DNA of 64,000 bases, from NCBI GenBank assembly GCA_977030845.1, contig OZ365116.1:16554001-16618000 (forward strand). The letters run 5' to 3'. Made by a program: the position numbers and the translations under genes. This DNA is from Fimbriosthenelais zetlandica (taxonomy: Eukaryota). Below are positions 48,459 to 61,795 of the stretch, piece by piece; position 1 is the first letter of the stretch; every line of letters begins with the position of its first letter. The notes under the pieces are model-generated. The model ran no database searches. It had not been told where the DNA came from and saw only the letters and a program-made list of their open reading frames with translations.

Positions 48459-51400
48459 CTGATTGGACTAGGTTTATTTCAGTCCCCCGTGGCTGGAGGT
48501 GGGTGGGATGTGTGTTCTAATCAGTTTTATAGATGCTTTCCTTTTACCAGAAGCTCAGAATAGTTACTGCGTCTAGGCTGTGATATCACTGCTACCTAAT
48601 TAAAGTCTATTGTAAGTCCTTCAATTTAAAGTGCCTCCGTGTAACAGAACAGTCACCCTCGATTATTCATGAATCATTGGCCAGTGAATTGAGAAAGGAC
48701 AATATGCGGTTTGAGCCCCAGATAATAACCGGTGATTTGTAATGTCGTAACTCCTATTTTCTCACTTATGTGACACATTAAGGAACCCACTTCCCCCATT
48801 TCAGGACTTTTTGACGGGGTCCCACACCTTTTTCAATTGAACCAATCATGACAATTTTAAGCGGTTTTCTTCCCGCCTGCCTGGCTCTCACACTTTTCAG
48901 TAATTACGGCGTCATAATCAGCTACCAATTAGTCGCTGGTTTTGTCTTTAGGCTCGGGAGCTGCTCGCCAGCCTTTCTACATGCATCCCAAACTACTCCT
49001 CTTCCTCTTTTTCTCAATTGGCACAGAGCTAAAAGCCAAAGACATCCGGGATATTTGTTGACCCAATTGTCTCTTCACCTTCTATAACTAGGTACATTTG
49101 GTGAACTCCCACGCATTTTCTGTTGTTTTTGCATCCCATTCGGTCTGGCTGCCTTCAAAGGAAAGGTTTTCTGGGGAATTCATTGTCACCAATTGGTGGG
49201 GGATGACTAAATTAGGCCTAATAAAGGCGACACTTGGCCAATCTGTTCTGCCTGGTTTTTCTTGCAGCAGTTCAGCTTTACTCGTTAACTATGTGAATTT
49301 CAACGATACAGATTAAGTTCTAGCCAAGCTCTGCAGGTAAAATATGTGGAATTTGTCTCATTTATGAAATGCCATTAAATGTCAGACACAATGTCACTGA
49401 AAGAGGCATTTTGATTGGTTGGTAAATAGAGAGAGGAGTTCCTCTTAAATGTTATGTATTTATAGCAGTGTACTCGGATCTAAAGATCACTTAAACACAA
49501 TCAGACACCACTTGTCTCCTTGAAACAGGCAACACTAGGAAATGTGGATAGCATTGAGATGAATTACACACTCATGGGTTCCACCATTTTTCACAATTTG
49601 ATACCTTTAAATGTTACTCGGTTCAATATGTGAAATATTCTTAACGTGGAGGTAAGAGCTCAAGGCAGTTGTTGTGACTTAAAAACAAGGTTCTTAAGAA
49701 GAAATGCTCTTATTACAAATTTATATTTGCTGTCCACAGTCTCTAAAACACCCTACAGACTTCTTTGGAAGCGTGTCATTGGGGACTGCCTTCTGCTCCT
49801 CTAAGTCCTCATCTAAGGCATCTCGAGCTGTGGTTCTCTCTATGGCTTCACAAATTTTATAAAAGGTCTGATCCTAGCTCTTCTTTCAAGCACTACTTTG
49901 GAATAGAATGCTAGATAGGATGATAAATATTTTATAAAACCCTGACAGGCAAATCCGAGCAATGAGCGATGGGATTCACTGAGTGTGGAGAATAAACTTT
50001 CCCGCTTCACAAAGAGAGAAAATGCACAATAACAGTATCAAGGACTTCTCTACCTGATTTGAGACTAGGCTGGCAGGGAGAGGAGCTTTGGACTGATTCG
50101 CATAATTGACAATGTGTTTGTGGGAAAGGCTGGGAGTGGAGGATGGATGAGGAGGTTTGGGAGATCATTGCACCTTGACTGTCAGACCTATTATGCCTTA
50201 GTATTGGGCTGTAAGAATTTTTATGTTTGCACGTGAGTACCATCTTACACAAACATAACCATGATCTATACTGCTGAGACTCGATTCTATGTTTATTTCT
50301 TCTAGTCATGGGATATTTTCAATATATGGGCCGTAATGTTACAAAATAACCAAATGGTTATTATTATCTATGGTTAAATGACATTCAATGTCTTTCTTCC
50401 ATTCTAAATACCCAAGGTAATCATATCTTTAGATTCTGCCACATGAAGAATAACTGGCAACATTTTTAACCTTGGTCATATTTTACCCTTGGCGCAGTCT
50501 CTATCTGCAGTGCTGGCATAAAAGAATATGGCATGGGATAAAAGAAACTAGAAATGGTTTGCAGGGAGGCACTTTTTTGCTTGCTCCTAATCGCTTGGGT
50601 CAGAACTCAGGGCCCTGAGGGTTATTTCACAGAGGTGCTCCCGTCCAGAAGAGGCACTCAGGCATTAAGTACGTATGTCATGGTGTGAGAGGCCGTGCCA
50701 AACTTAGTAGGAACCGGGGAAGAATTGAGAGCCATATTCTGTATGCTTGCCATAATTTATATATACATCCCGGTATTCTATCTCTAACATAACATATCAG
50801 AACCTACATTTTTTGTTGGCGACACGTGAAACAAACCATTTTTTATGCCTGGCCTGGGCCTTAATGAAGCTGTTTATCAATGGGGTAAAGTAATTATCCC
50901 CATCCCAGCCCCAGCAGCAGCCCCAACAGCAGGCCTATTCATTTCATACCCAATTAATTTCCTGCTCTTGCCCATGAGAAAGACCAACCAAGGTAAAAAG
51001 CCACACAAATACATGACAGTACAATGTCCACTCACCCCCTATAACTCATTGATAACATTCAAGGCACTGACCTTTGTCCAGTTCTGAATAATATATCAAC
51101 ACATCTGACAATTTTCAGTCCCAACCAATGCTGTCTTCCTGTATATCTTAAATAATAAATAGCCATAACTCAAAGTCCACTCTTCCCACAAGTGATAACA
51201 GCATAAAAAGATGCTCCAAAGATACTATAGGTCCTTGCGTTTATAGATATTTTCCCACAACTGAATTATTGCTCATATTTCCATTGACCATTATGAAAAT
51301 ATCGAATATAAAGGGTGTTAGTGTAAGCCTGTGGAAGCAGTATAAGAATACAGGGATTTCATAAAGTAGTAGAGAGGTATAATGTAGTGGAATAGATGGG

Positions 51401-54400
51401 CTGAGGCCTGTGCTTTGCCTGTACCCTTGATAATAAATTTGGCATTCACTCACACCCCCTTGAACCATGTCAACAATGATCTATATCCCAAGATTAGCAT
51501 TTTATTTATGACTTTAGCCCCTGCGGGTACACCACCCCACCTGTTGTCAGAGTTCTAATTGGATTTACCCTCTTAATTTCACCTGTGGGATGCGCCTCAT
51601 GGGGGCATGCCAGCGTTAGGGTGTCTATGGGGTCATTTAGGCTTCATACCTACTGCATACTGAGGTCAGAGTTTCCCAGCCCAAACCATGGCCTCCTGGC
51701 CTCCCTCAGGGCTCCAGCAACCATTGGGACCTCCACCCAGCCCCAAAGGGCCCTTCTCTAGAGGCTAGAGGGGAAAAAGCACCAGTCGAAGAGTGCATAC
51801 TTATCAAATTTTCCCCTACCCCTGGGCTCTTATTTCCCATATCTACACTGTCAGCCTGTCAGTCATTCCTTGCTCTTCTGTCTGTCATTTACTTGATCCA
51901 TTCATTAGAGTTTGGGGGCGACAGGATTATGTGAACGTGTCCGGATTCGTGCAGATGCAGCATGGCAATGGCGTGGTCCCCGGGCGACAGTCCACTTGTC
52001 ACATAAAAAACGAGAAGGGCTTTGTATCCACACTTTCCAGCCTCCATATCTCCCCCCTCGCTGTCAACTAACTTACCCTGCCTTTTTCTTTCCCTATCTG
52101 CTGCCCCAGTAGATGCCTATAGGCAAGAGAAAATGCTACAGAATGTAGTGCTATACAAGGCTATAGAGGGCTGGCGGCGGGCAGAGAGGTGTAGATGAAT
52201 GGGTGCTAGTTATATAGAGGTGGGGGTTTACATGACTGCTTGCTGTACTACACCAGCTTATAACGTACCATTATACCATACATAGCCATATCAAGCTATC
52301 ATTAAATATTCTCACCATTCACAAACACTCCTCTCAGTAACTAGAAAACCACATAGCATAATGATGGGATGTAATGACCTTTCCTATATTGATAATGTGT
52401 CAATAATTCTTCCCTGCATTGACACATGTGTCATGGACATTGCCTATAATTTTATCCCCCAAAGTGATCCCCATCTAAAGCAGTTTAGTGACGGGGTTTC
52501 GGCCTAATGGAGCTTCAGTTATGTGAAAACTTGGCCAAGGGCTGAGGGACAAATCTGAGAAGTATTCTTTCATCTTGACGCAGTTAGGCGTGAAGGATGG
52601 TCCCTGACACCCATTTCTTAACACCTAAACTGTCAAAGCTCTCATTTAGAGGTTAAAATCAGGCCGTATAAAACCTGGTTTACGGCCGTATTAAAACGGC
52701 TTAAATAAAGCCAACCGAAAAGGCTGGAAAGGATGGGTCCCTTGTAAGGGTCTAGATCCACCCAACTCTTACGGTCATTTACAATTTAGGATGTTTTATA
52801 CATCATGAGATACGATCTTCTTGATCTAAATCCATGTTTAGTCCCTAATACGGAACATTAAGCCAAGGTAAGATAGTGATTTGATATAGATGGGAAAACC
52901 TTGGTCCGTGAATAGAAGCTAATCTAGATGATGTTCCCTCCTGATGATTTTGTACTACACATCTCCTTCTGGCGAGATGATAACTCATAAAACGTGATAG
53001 AAACACTCTCTGACCTCTTCCTCACCACCTTTTTATGACTAAGCCAAAGGAGGGATCACCAACCTTTTCATATATTGCCAAGTGAGGATAGATATAAAGG
53101 CCGTATTAGAGGCGGCCATGATAGAGTAAAAGCCTGCGGCTCGGATCACTGCTTTTCTCTGAACGTAAAATCACTTGATGCTTAGCTTTGGAGAAGCAAA
53201 TGGGATGACCCATTTTGGAAATTTATTAAAAGGTCCCTGCTTTATTAGCATTGGAAATATTGACCCGAAAAAATAGGGCCCGACTTGAGTACACTAAGAA
53301 GTTTCATCAGTGGGTTTCATCCGCTTTTCATACTGGGTAGTTGAGACACTTACCCACTTGAAATAAAGCTAGAATTCAAATAGTCAGCTTCGTATGCAGC
53401 AGGTTAGATTCATTGAAATCTTAATCTATTTTCCCCTGCTAACACTAGACACTTGAATCTAAATTTCCCCTTGTTTATTTTTCTAGAATTTTCGCTCCTG
53501 AATTGGAGTCTAATAATTTCCCCATCCTTATCGATTTCCTGTCGCCAGTCTTTATGATTTAAATATTTGCATTTTAAATGACCTCTTAGCGAGCAGGAGG
53601 GACGAGTTGAAGGGGCACTTGAGTTTCTGGAGTTGCTTGTTCAGTCGAGATGAAATCTTTTGGAGTTGAAATGAGAATCTTGTTGGGAGTAGGGGCTTGC
53701 AACCCTAAAGATGTCTTACAACATTTAAGGCATGCGGGAAGGGTTGGGAATGGTAAGAAATGTTTTAGGGGAAGGCAGCCTCAGCTCGGTACATGCACAA
53801 CAGCGTTAAAATGAACTTCCTAGATGAGCATGTTGAGACAAAACCAACGATATGATTAATCCTTGAGCACCGGCTCCAGAATAAAAAATGTGCCATAGAA
53901 AATGCAGCAGCAGGGATCACTCACTGGCTTGTGTTCTTATGGCAGCGTAAAATCTATGTGCACATAAAATCCGCAGCCCGAAGCCTTTGACAATGCCGTG
54001 CAGGAATAAAGACATATTAAAACTCTGAGTAACTCTGTCATTGTACTCATTAACACTGTGCCCTCTCATTGCCAATCTGACCCGCGCACACAGATTATCA
54101 CAAGATTGCCATGGACTCCGCCTGAATGGGGAACCTGGTGGAACACAATGGAGGTAGGTACCATAGAGCTCTCAATAGCGTCCACCAGACCTGTACAGGC
54201 TTACATCCACTAATCACATTTCCATCAGATTTCCAATTCTTTTTAGACATAAATGGTTCAACTCGAGGCATCCACTGTAAAAATGTACATTATTAGATAT
54301 AAAAAGAATAGGGAAATCTGTTTGCTCTCAGAAGAAAGGTATGTTGTCGATGGAGCTCGGACTAGAGGAGTTTTTTGTAATTGTGACTATAATACAGCAC

Positions 54401-56372
54401 GATTAGATGGTACAAAGATAGTCGCGTGACATGAGGAAACACGTGATTAACATGGGAGTTCATTGGACAAGCAGGTCTAACAGGAAAAGTAGTCTACTTG
54501 TTCTCCATTCGCCCACACATGTTTATTGCATATGGTACTTTATTCCCGTGAATAAAGCCCTTTTTCATATGCTTATTTTTGTGCATGACATTTGTTATAA
54601 TAACCATAGGATCCAGAAATGGAACAGAGTGCCGTATAGCACATGTCGATGGCCATGCATGCAAAAAATGTTTCAGAGTTGTCTTGATTTTAAAGATTGG
54701 TTAAAGGTTAGGATGAGGAGCGTTTTCTCGTTCTCGTCTCCTTTCCTTTCTCACACAACACAGCCCTTTCTTGTCACCTTCTTCATTCATATAAGCAGCA
54801 CTGGTTTGTTGCTTTCACGTCCTCTCGTATTACATTGAATCTCTCCATTTCGTAATTTGAAAAAAAAACATCCAGAGTCTGCACTATAAGAAATGGCAGG
54901 TAATCAATTCAAATGTTACAAACAAAGCCTGGAACAGGGACATTGTCTTCTGGGCCGTTCAATTCATTTCAATTTTTCAGGGTACCTTCCTTTTAAATCC
55001 AGTCTCTTTTTTGCTACATAATCATACAACCATTGTCGGCACAGTAGAGCTTGAAATGTGTCCCTTCGCATTAACGAAAACCAATTAGAAATATGGCAGT
55101 GTCAGTAAATATGATTAATAATTGAATATCTCAAATTTTGATTGAATGTATTTTGATTGAATGGAATAGGAATTGACTTTTTGTGAGAAAAATTACTGAC
55201 ACATATTAATAAATACCATTTAGGACACTTATCTTTTTATATCAATTAAAATTCATATTTATTAATCTAATAAATATTATCAGAAAGGCATTTCAATCTT
55301 CCTCAAATATGAAAATATTTGTTGGATCTAGACATATCTCTGAAACTTTCTCCAAGTGTAATCTTGCACGCGATACAACTCATTTTTCCCCCTTTTCATG
55401 ATTCGATTCCTCAGAGAGGATTCTGTTGGAATTCTCTGTCGTTGGTTCCAAAGCGATTAAGAATTTCTTAACATTTCTGGTATTAATCTGTGCACAAATC
55501 AATGACACTAAAGTGTAGATTATAGGCCATGGACTCTTGGGCCTTCGCCTTCTTTTCCTCTGATTATTTCTGTTGACTGCATAGAAGAGGAATGGGCGAT
55601 ACTTGGAAGGTGATTGAAAGCGTAATTACAGAATAAATCAAATAAAATATAGGCCAACACCGGGGAGTGAAGGAATTAAAAATCAATGTGCAAAGAAAAT
55701 AATCAATGCTGGTATTCTCTTGTGATGCCAGGGGAAGACTGGGAAATTGCATACATCGTGAGAGATGACAATTTTTACTTGAATTGCTAAGATCATCCTA
55801 AGAACGCAGAAAACATCTTAATAATGTTGATATTATGTGCCCTTTCTGCAAGTATCTATAATCTTCTGTATTACGTACGAATGTAAATATTATTTAGTTT
55901 ACAGCACTGACATTCACGTAATAGAACTTTTCTCTTTCTTTTACATTTGACCTCCTGACATTCCAGCAATCGTACACAGTGTACATTTAATGACAGCCCT
56001 TTACTTACCCATTGACAGGCAGAAATATATTACGGTGCTATCCCATAATGGCATTTTTCCCACGGGCTTCTTTGCACTCTGTGTTTGACATTTAAAAGCG
56101 CCCGCCTCCAGCAGGAAGTCAGGGAACCCCTCTGGGAATGTATATTAATGTTTTACACGTGTCCTTAAAGACCTCCCAGCTGGTACAATTGTCACCGGGA
56201 TATAAGCTTTTACCATATATTAATAATTAAGGCAAATTTAGCCAATACACTGCAATCTTGTCTTGTCTTGTATAGTGCATGGCATACATACTAAAAACAA
56301 ACATATAGACACCTTGTTAATGTTCCCTATATCAATTTTGAGAGGCAAGATTGAAAATATATTACTTAATTC

Positions 56373-56616
56373 GAGAATAGTGGAAATGTGTAATTTAATC
56401 AGGGAAATAGTTGGAATATCTAGGCCAATTTACTAGGGAAATAGTGGGAATATCTGGGCTAATGTAATCAAGGGAAATAGTGGGAATATCTAGGCTAATT
56501 TATTCAGGGAAATAGTGGGAATATCTAGGCTAATTTATTCAGTATTCAGGGAAATAGTGGGAATATCTAGGCTAATGTAATCAGGTGAATAGCGGGAATA
56601 TCTAATTTAATCAGGG
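56373..56616. repeat. ~35-bp minisatellite, ~7 units
   Basis: AGGGAAATAGTGGGAATATCTAGGCTAATTTATTC-like units at 56401, 56435, 56471, 56506, 56548 and 56583, plus a diverged lead unit at 56373. Confidence 0.92.
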
Positions 56617-57849
56617 GCAGGTATTTATCATTGTCTAGTGTTGAATTCACCTCACGGTAGGTGAGGACCTGGTCAGTAGGATTACTTCTGCCTTCTATTC
56701 TCGCCTCTTTGTGGTAGACTGGGCTATAGGGTGGCAGATTCAGGTCTCACAATGACAGGTGGAGAAATCACAACTCGCCGGACCGGCAGGAATCAATGGC
56801 CCTCCGTCCACGTCTAGTTTTGATAAAAACTGGACTGGGATGATGGGTTAGGGCTCCTATCCACTGAGCTTTCTAGAGTGAAAAATGCCCTTAAAGGCCT
56901 ATATCCAGTGATCCATTTTGGGTACATATAAAGACTAAGACCAGGAAACCTCGTCTATAGAAATACCCTAGATATCGTGGAATTTCACTGCTGTATGCCC
57001 TCTAAGATCTCAGAGGAGCCATAGCTTTAGTTTAGAGGTTAGGGCCTGGAGCAAAGCTGCCTTGATTTTCATGGTTGACCTCTTGTCACTGGTCAACAAC
57101 TGGGAAATAGAAGTGTGGCCCTCCGCCTGTCATCGATTGATTCCCTCAAGATGAGCAGGGCTGATTTTGATAGTGGCCCAAAGTAGTCTGGTGCCACTAA
57201 GTGGATTTCATCTGAGTAGCAGTCAGATATGGGTGATGGGAGAATTTAATATCTCCCTTTATAATTATATACAGCCCATGAAGAATGGGTGTCTGTATTC
57301 TGACATGCATGTGAAACCTAAGTCTACAGAAAGTGAGCAAATATTTCCATCAATGGCGATCATAGATCATAGTCATTCCTTTATATTCAAATGTCTTAAA
57401 CTAATATAACTCAAACAGGTCTCATCTCATTCCATCTCATCAAGTATTAATCTTTTCTCTGCTACCACTACGTTAGTATAATATGTATGGAACTAGGTAA
57501 CTCTGGGTGTGCCAAAAATGTCGAGGGGACCCAAGTAAATCAATAAAGACCTTAGAAAAAAATGTCTTTATGGCATCCCGTGTTCCTTATGACCTCAGTG
57601 GATCCATGGTTTAAGAGGCTCACTTGGCATGATTTGTTGTTTATTCATTTTTGTGCCACTTCTAAGGAAACCTTTCCAGGCTAGCCCTGCCTTGGTGAAT
57701 TAGAATCACTATTTTTCATGGCATGTCTATCTTTGGTAAGAAACCACGGGGGGAGCGCCTGTGTCATGGGAAGACCATGTATATATGTCAAGTATTGGGT
57801 GATTTCTTCAGGTATGGGATAAAAATAGAATGATATATGTCAGTGTTAT

Positions 57850-58900
57850 GTGACGAGGCAGGCCTGGAGGAAGAAGGCGAGACAAGAAGGAGCAGGAAAA
57901 GAGAAGGAAGGAGAGACGCCGCATGACCACTACTTAATGATGAAACAAGAGGAAGAAGGGGAGCATGTGAAGCGGCAGGGGACGAGGAAAAAGCAAAGAA
58001 AGGGCAGAGGCAATGAGAAGACTGAAAAGCAGAGTAAAGAGGAAGAATGGACATTATTAAAGCAACTTAAGAAAGAGAACAGTGTCTTTAAGATGAATAA
58101 ACGAAAATGAAAACAGATGCAGAAGAAGAGTGGGAGAAGGAGGAGAAGGAGGAATGTTAAAATAGGCGAGTGCTGCTCGTGCAGGCTCCTTGTGAGCAGG
58201 TCGGGCGGCTGGTGATGCTGGGAGGAGCAGGAGGCTGGGTGGTGGTGGTGGGTGGTGGTAGTAGTGGTGGTGCTGGGGGCCCTGTGAGTGGTGGTGCTGG
58301 TGATTGTGGTGCTGTCAGTTGGTCCCTGTCCTGCTAGCAGTGCCTCCTTCCTCCACCGGCAGGCTATGCTAATGCACCGCTGTACCATGCAGATTTATCC
58401 CCATTCGTAACGGGATAAGACGAGAGAGAGCGGGAAAGACAGGAACAGAGGTACAACCCCGCGCGACCTGGACATCAATTCATTCTCTACCACCTTGTGA
58501 CGTCACTGTCCAGTTGTCAAATAGGGAGACTGAGAGGAAGGATTTTTCGGGGGAGGTGAAAGAAAACTGGAGGGCCTTACTTGGGATTCTACCAGGCCCC
58601 AAGCTCTGAGAGAGAGAGGGAGAGCTGAGGGTCGTATGTGACTGCCTACTATAGGATTGTGGTCTTCCTTTGGTCTATCATTGCCCCACTGCTGCATCCA
58701 CCCCAGCTCCAGGCTGTCCTGTGCTCTCCCAGGTTGTGGTAGTAGCTTTATTGCTGAGGACCTATCCTATTCCTGTCATATCTCCTTCCTTCTCTCCACC
58801 ACCCACTCCACTTCTCCATTGGTTGCCGTGGTGAGTGGCTAGGAACCTGTCGTTTGTGGAAGCTTTTTAACCACCAATGCCGGAGTACGAAAGCGGGGAC
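57850..58900 (+). pseudogene. Probable decayed gag/ORF1-like retroelement coding relic
   Basis: GC-richer block with successive K/E/R-rich, Gly-rich and Pro/Arg-rich frames broken by stops. It ends in C-R-L-W-K-L-F-N-H-Q-C-R (58848-58883), which has C-X2-[TGG]-X4-H zinc-knuckle spacing. Confidence 0.3.
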
Positions 58901-61439
58901 GAAAAAACTGGGGATTGTGCCTCTTTTAGTGTCGCTATAGCTTCTCTCTGATACTTGTCCCTCTCCTCCTGCACCTCCTTATTCTGCAGGGCCTCCCCCC
59001 TCCCTCCTCCTCACCCCCTCCCCCTATGTAATGTACACCACACCCTCCCCCCTTACATCCATGTAGGGGCTTCTACAATATCCCACAGCCAACCCTCAAC
59101 ATGGAGACCTTCACAAAAAAGTCACCTCACGGAATGAAATACTAAAATTACATTACAAAGGTGCCTCCACCTACAGGGGCGACTGTACTCTTATTATCAA
59201 CACTGCTACTACTACTACTAATGTATCTACTACTACCACAACCACGATTCTAACTCATCCTTTTCATCTCCATCTTTTATGTGTACAGCAACAACAGTAT
59301 CAAGTACTGACAAGGCATATCTTGGATAGAATCCTACACAAGCTTCAGAGGATGTTTTCAATCTCCTTCTAATAAAGCCTTGCAGGAATGTGAACAGGAG
59401 CAGAATATTGGGAATGCGCGCTTTTTTGTGGTGATTTGCAGAGTGTTGGAGTAGGGCAACTTTCCGTCAGTGATATATATGTTGTAAAGTATATATGCTT
59501 GCTATAGTGTGTTTGCTATGGTTGCAGCATCTAGATTACTACCAGGAGGGAGGACCTCTGCTCTGTGGAGGGGATAGTGGGGGCCGGCGTTCGATTATGG
59601 AGTAGTTGTTATCAGGATTTTTGGATTAGCTCTTTACGCTATAATTGGAGTATTCTGGGTGCACGGTGATTTTACCAGGAATGTACGGACGCAGACAAGG
59701 GCATGTAGGCCGATCATATTTTGAGGTGAGCCTATTTAAAACTATAAGTTTTTTATGTACATATAAAAAGGTCAGTGCTATGTCTGTGAACTGACATTCA
59801 CCGAACACTTGGTTCACTTTCAAAGGTCTGTCAATGGTGAAGTAAGATATTGTGAAACAAATACATCAATATTGGTTTCCAATGAGCATTATTTATGTGT
59901 CAACTCAAATAAGGCCAGCTCTTGATTACGATTTGTCAAATTGGTTTTGTCGACCGCAAATATCAAAATTTCGCAATATGAACCCAATGGGCAGGTTTTT
60001 AAGTGGAAATTTTATATTTTTCTCTTTTTAAGCCCCATTCATCGGTTAATAAATCAGTTGTTTTTTTATGGCAATGAGGGCTTTCGATCTGTATTTGTTT
60101 CATATTAATTCTGGCCAGAAATTTCCATCGATTCAATGGACCCAAATCCATTATCATGAAAAATGAATTTGCGATACAAGATGCAGGATGTTGGTGCGTT
60201 TTTAGTAACAGGTACTGGACGCAGGTATAGAGATAATGCGCATGTCTAGGACACGTTGACCTTGCCTTGTTGTCATAAAGCCCCTATTATCACTTGATAC
60301 CCGTATCACACCACACTCTCCCAACCACTCAATGAATGGACTCCTCACCGAGAAATAAAGCACCCGACCAAAGACTGATAACTTATCACCGTCATTGATG
60401 GCGAAATGAGACAGCCCTGAATCAGGTATCACAGCACAACAAGTTATGGCAAATTTGTCTAAAGGACAAATGCATAATAAGTAGGTCTATGTACATGTAT
60501 ATAGCGGTTTAAATAGCCAAGAGGAAGCAATTAGAATTGTCAGGGGACGTTGGGATTTTAACTATTTGGGGTTTAAACCCTTTGCCAGTTAAACCCTGCT
60601 TTATGTTGAGATTCAATGGGTTTGACACATGGTATTGAAAGTCTCGGGGATGTGATTTAAACGGATTTACTCCAGGTATAGAAATCCTTGGGGTTTGAGT
60701 TTTTGGGTGTGGAAGGCTATCCCTTATAAAGCCTATAAATGAACCCACTATAGTAGATAGATGGAGGGATCTTATTCCTGGCTGAGGGCAGGCAAGAATG
60801 ATGTGGTAGAGCGATCATTTCTGCCACATTAACTTCTGGTATCCAGGCAACCGTTGCCAGGGAAACGTATGCATTTTTATATACTACCTAAGCTATAGCT
60901 CCACTATGGTCTGATATTAGGCAAATTAAAATATCAATGTGTATTTTCTGTTGCCTTTCTGCATCATGAATATACCCACATGTGGGGTATTCATTTCTGT
61001 ACATGTATATTATACTAATTACGAGTACTGTAGTTGATTTAGTAAACCCGGGATGATTTGTAAGTAGTATAATGAATGAGTGGATTGCAGCTGGTCCACC
61101 GACTTGTATTATCTAGATTGACATATGACTTTTTTCATTTGAAACATGAATTAGGTCCAATAACACACCATACATGTCACAATCATTTCCCACAAAAGTC
61201 GACATTTTTCACTAAATGTGAGAAACTTGTTTCCACTTACGTTGAAGGCGCTTTGTGGGCCTACTGGTTGGCCGAGATGTGGTGTTGCCTCCTGCGCGGA
61301 TTAAAAGTGCACCAAAGAGCTTATCAAATCCGGAACCGAACGCGCGAGGTTATTCTAGTACAATTTAGACTAGAATTCCAAAGATCCATAGCGAATATTA
61401 ACATCGCATTCACGCGACGGAAATATTCAAGAAAGTGAA

Positions 61440-61795
61440 AACATTCGACACGAAGTAGGCAGAGTAAATTACTCTTAGTATAACTATGAGTACATTTGCT
61501 CTTTCCCCACTGTAGTGTGTAGGCCTATGTGCGCTAGATTCACTTGCGCTGGAAATATTAGTTACAAACGAATTGTCACAGATGATCGGGTAGGCATATT
61601 TTTGAGGTGAGCCTATTTAAATTATTTCTCGAGGGCACGAACATTCAACACGAAGTAGGCAGAGTAAATTACTCTTAGTATAATTAACTATGAGTACATT
61701 TGCTCTTTCCCCACTGTAGTGTGTAGGCCTATGTTCGCTAGCTTCATTTGCGCTAGAAATATCAGTTACAAACGAATTGTCACAGACGATCGGGT
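61440..61795. repeat. ~152-bp direct duplication with a 48-bp spacer
   Basis: 61440-61591 versus 61640-61795. By manual alignment they differ by about 8 substitutions and one 4-bp indel. Confidence 0.95.

Noticed and set aside
57788-58388. Minus-strand ORFs of 152 and 88 aa
   Set aside because: Antisense read-through of purine-rich and GGT-repeat low-complexity sequence.
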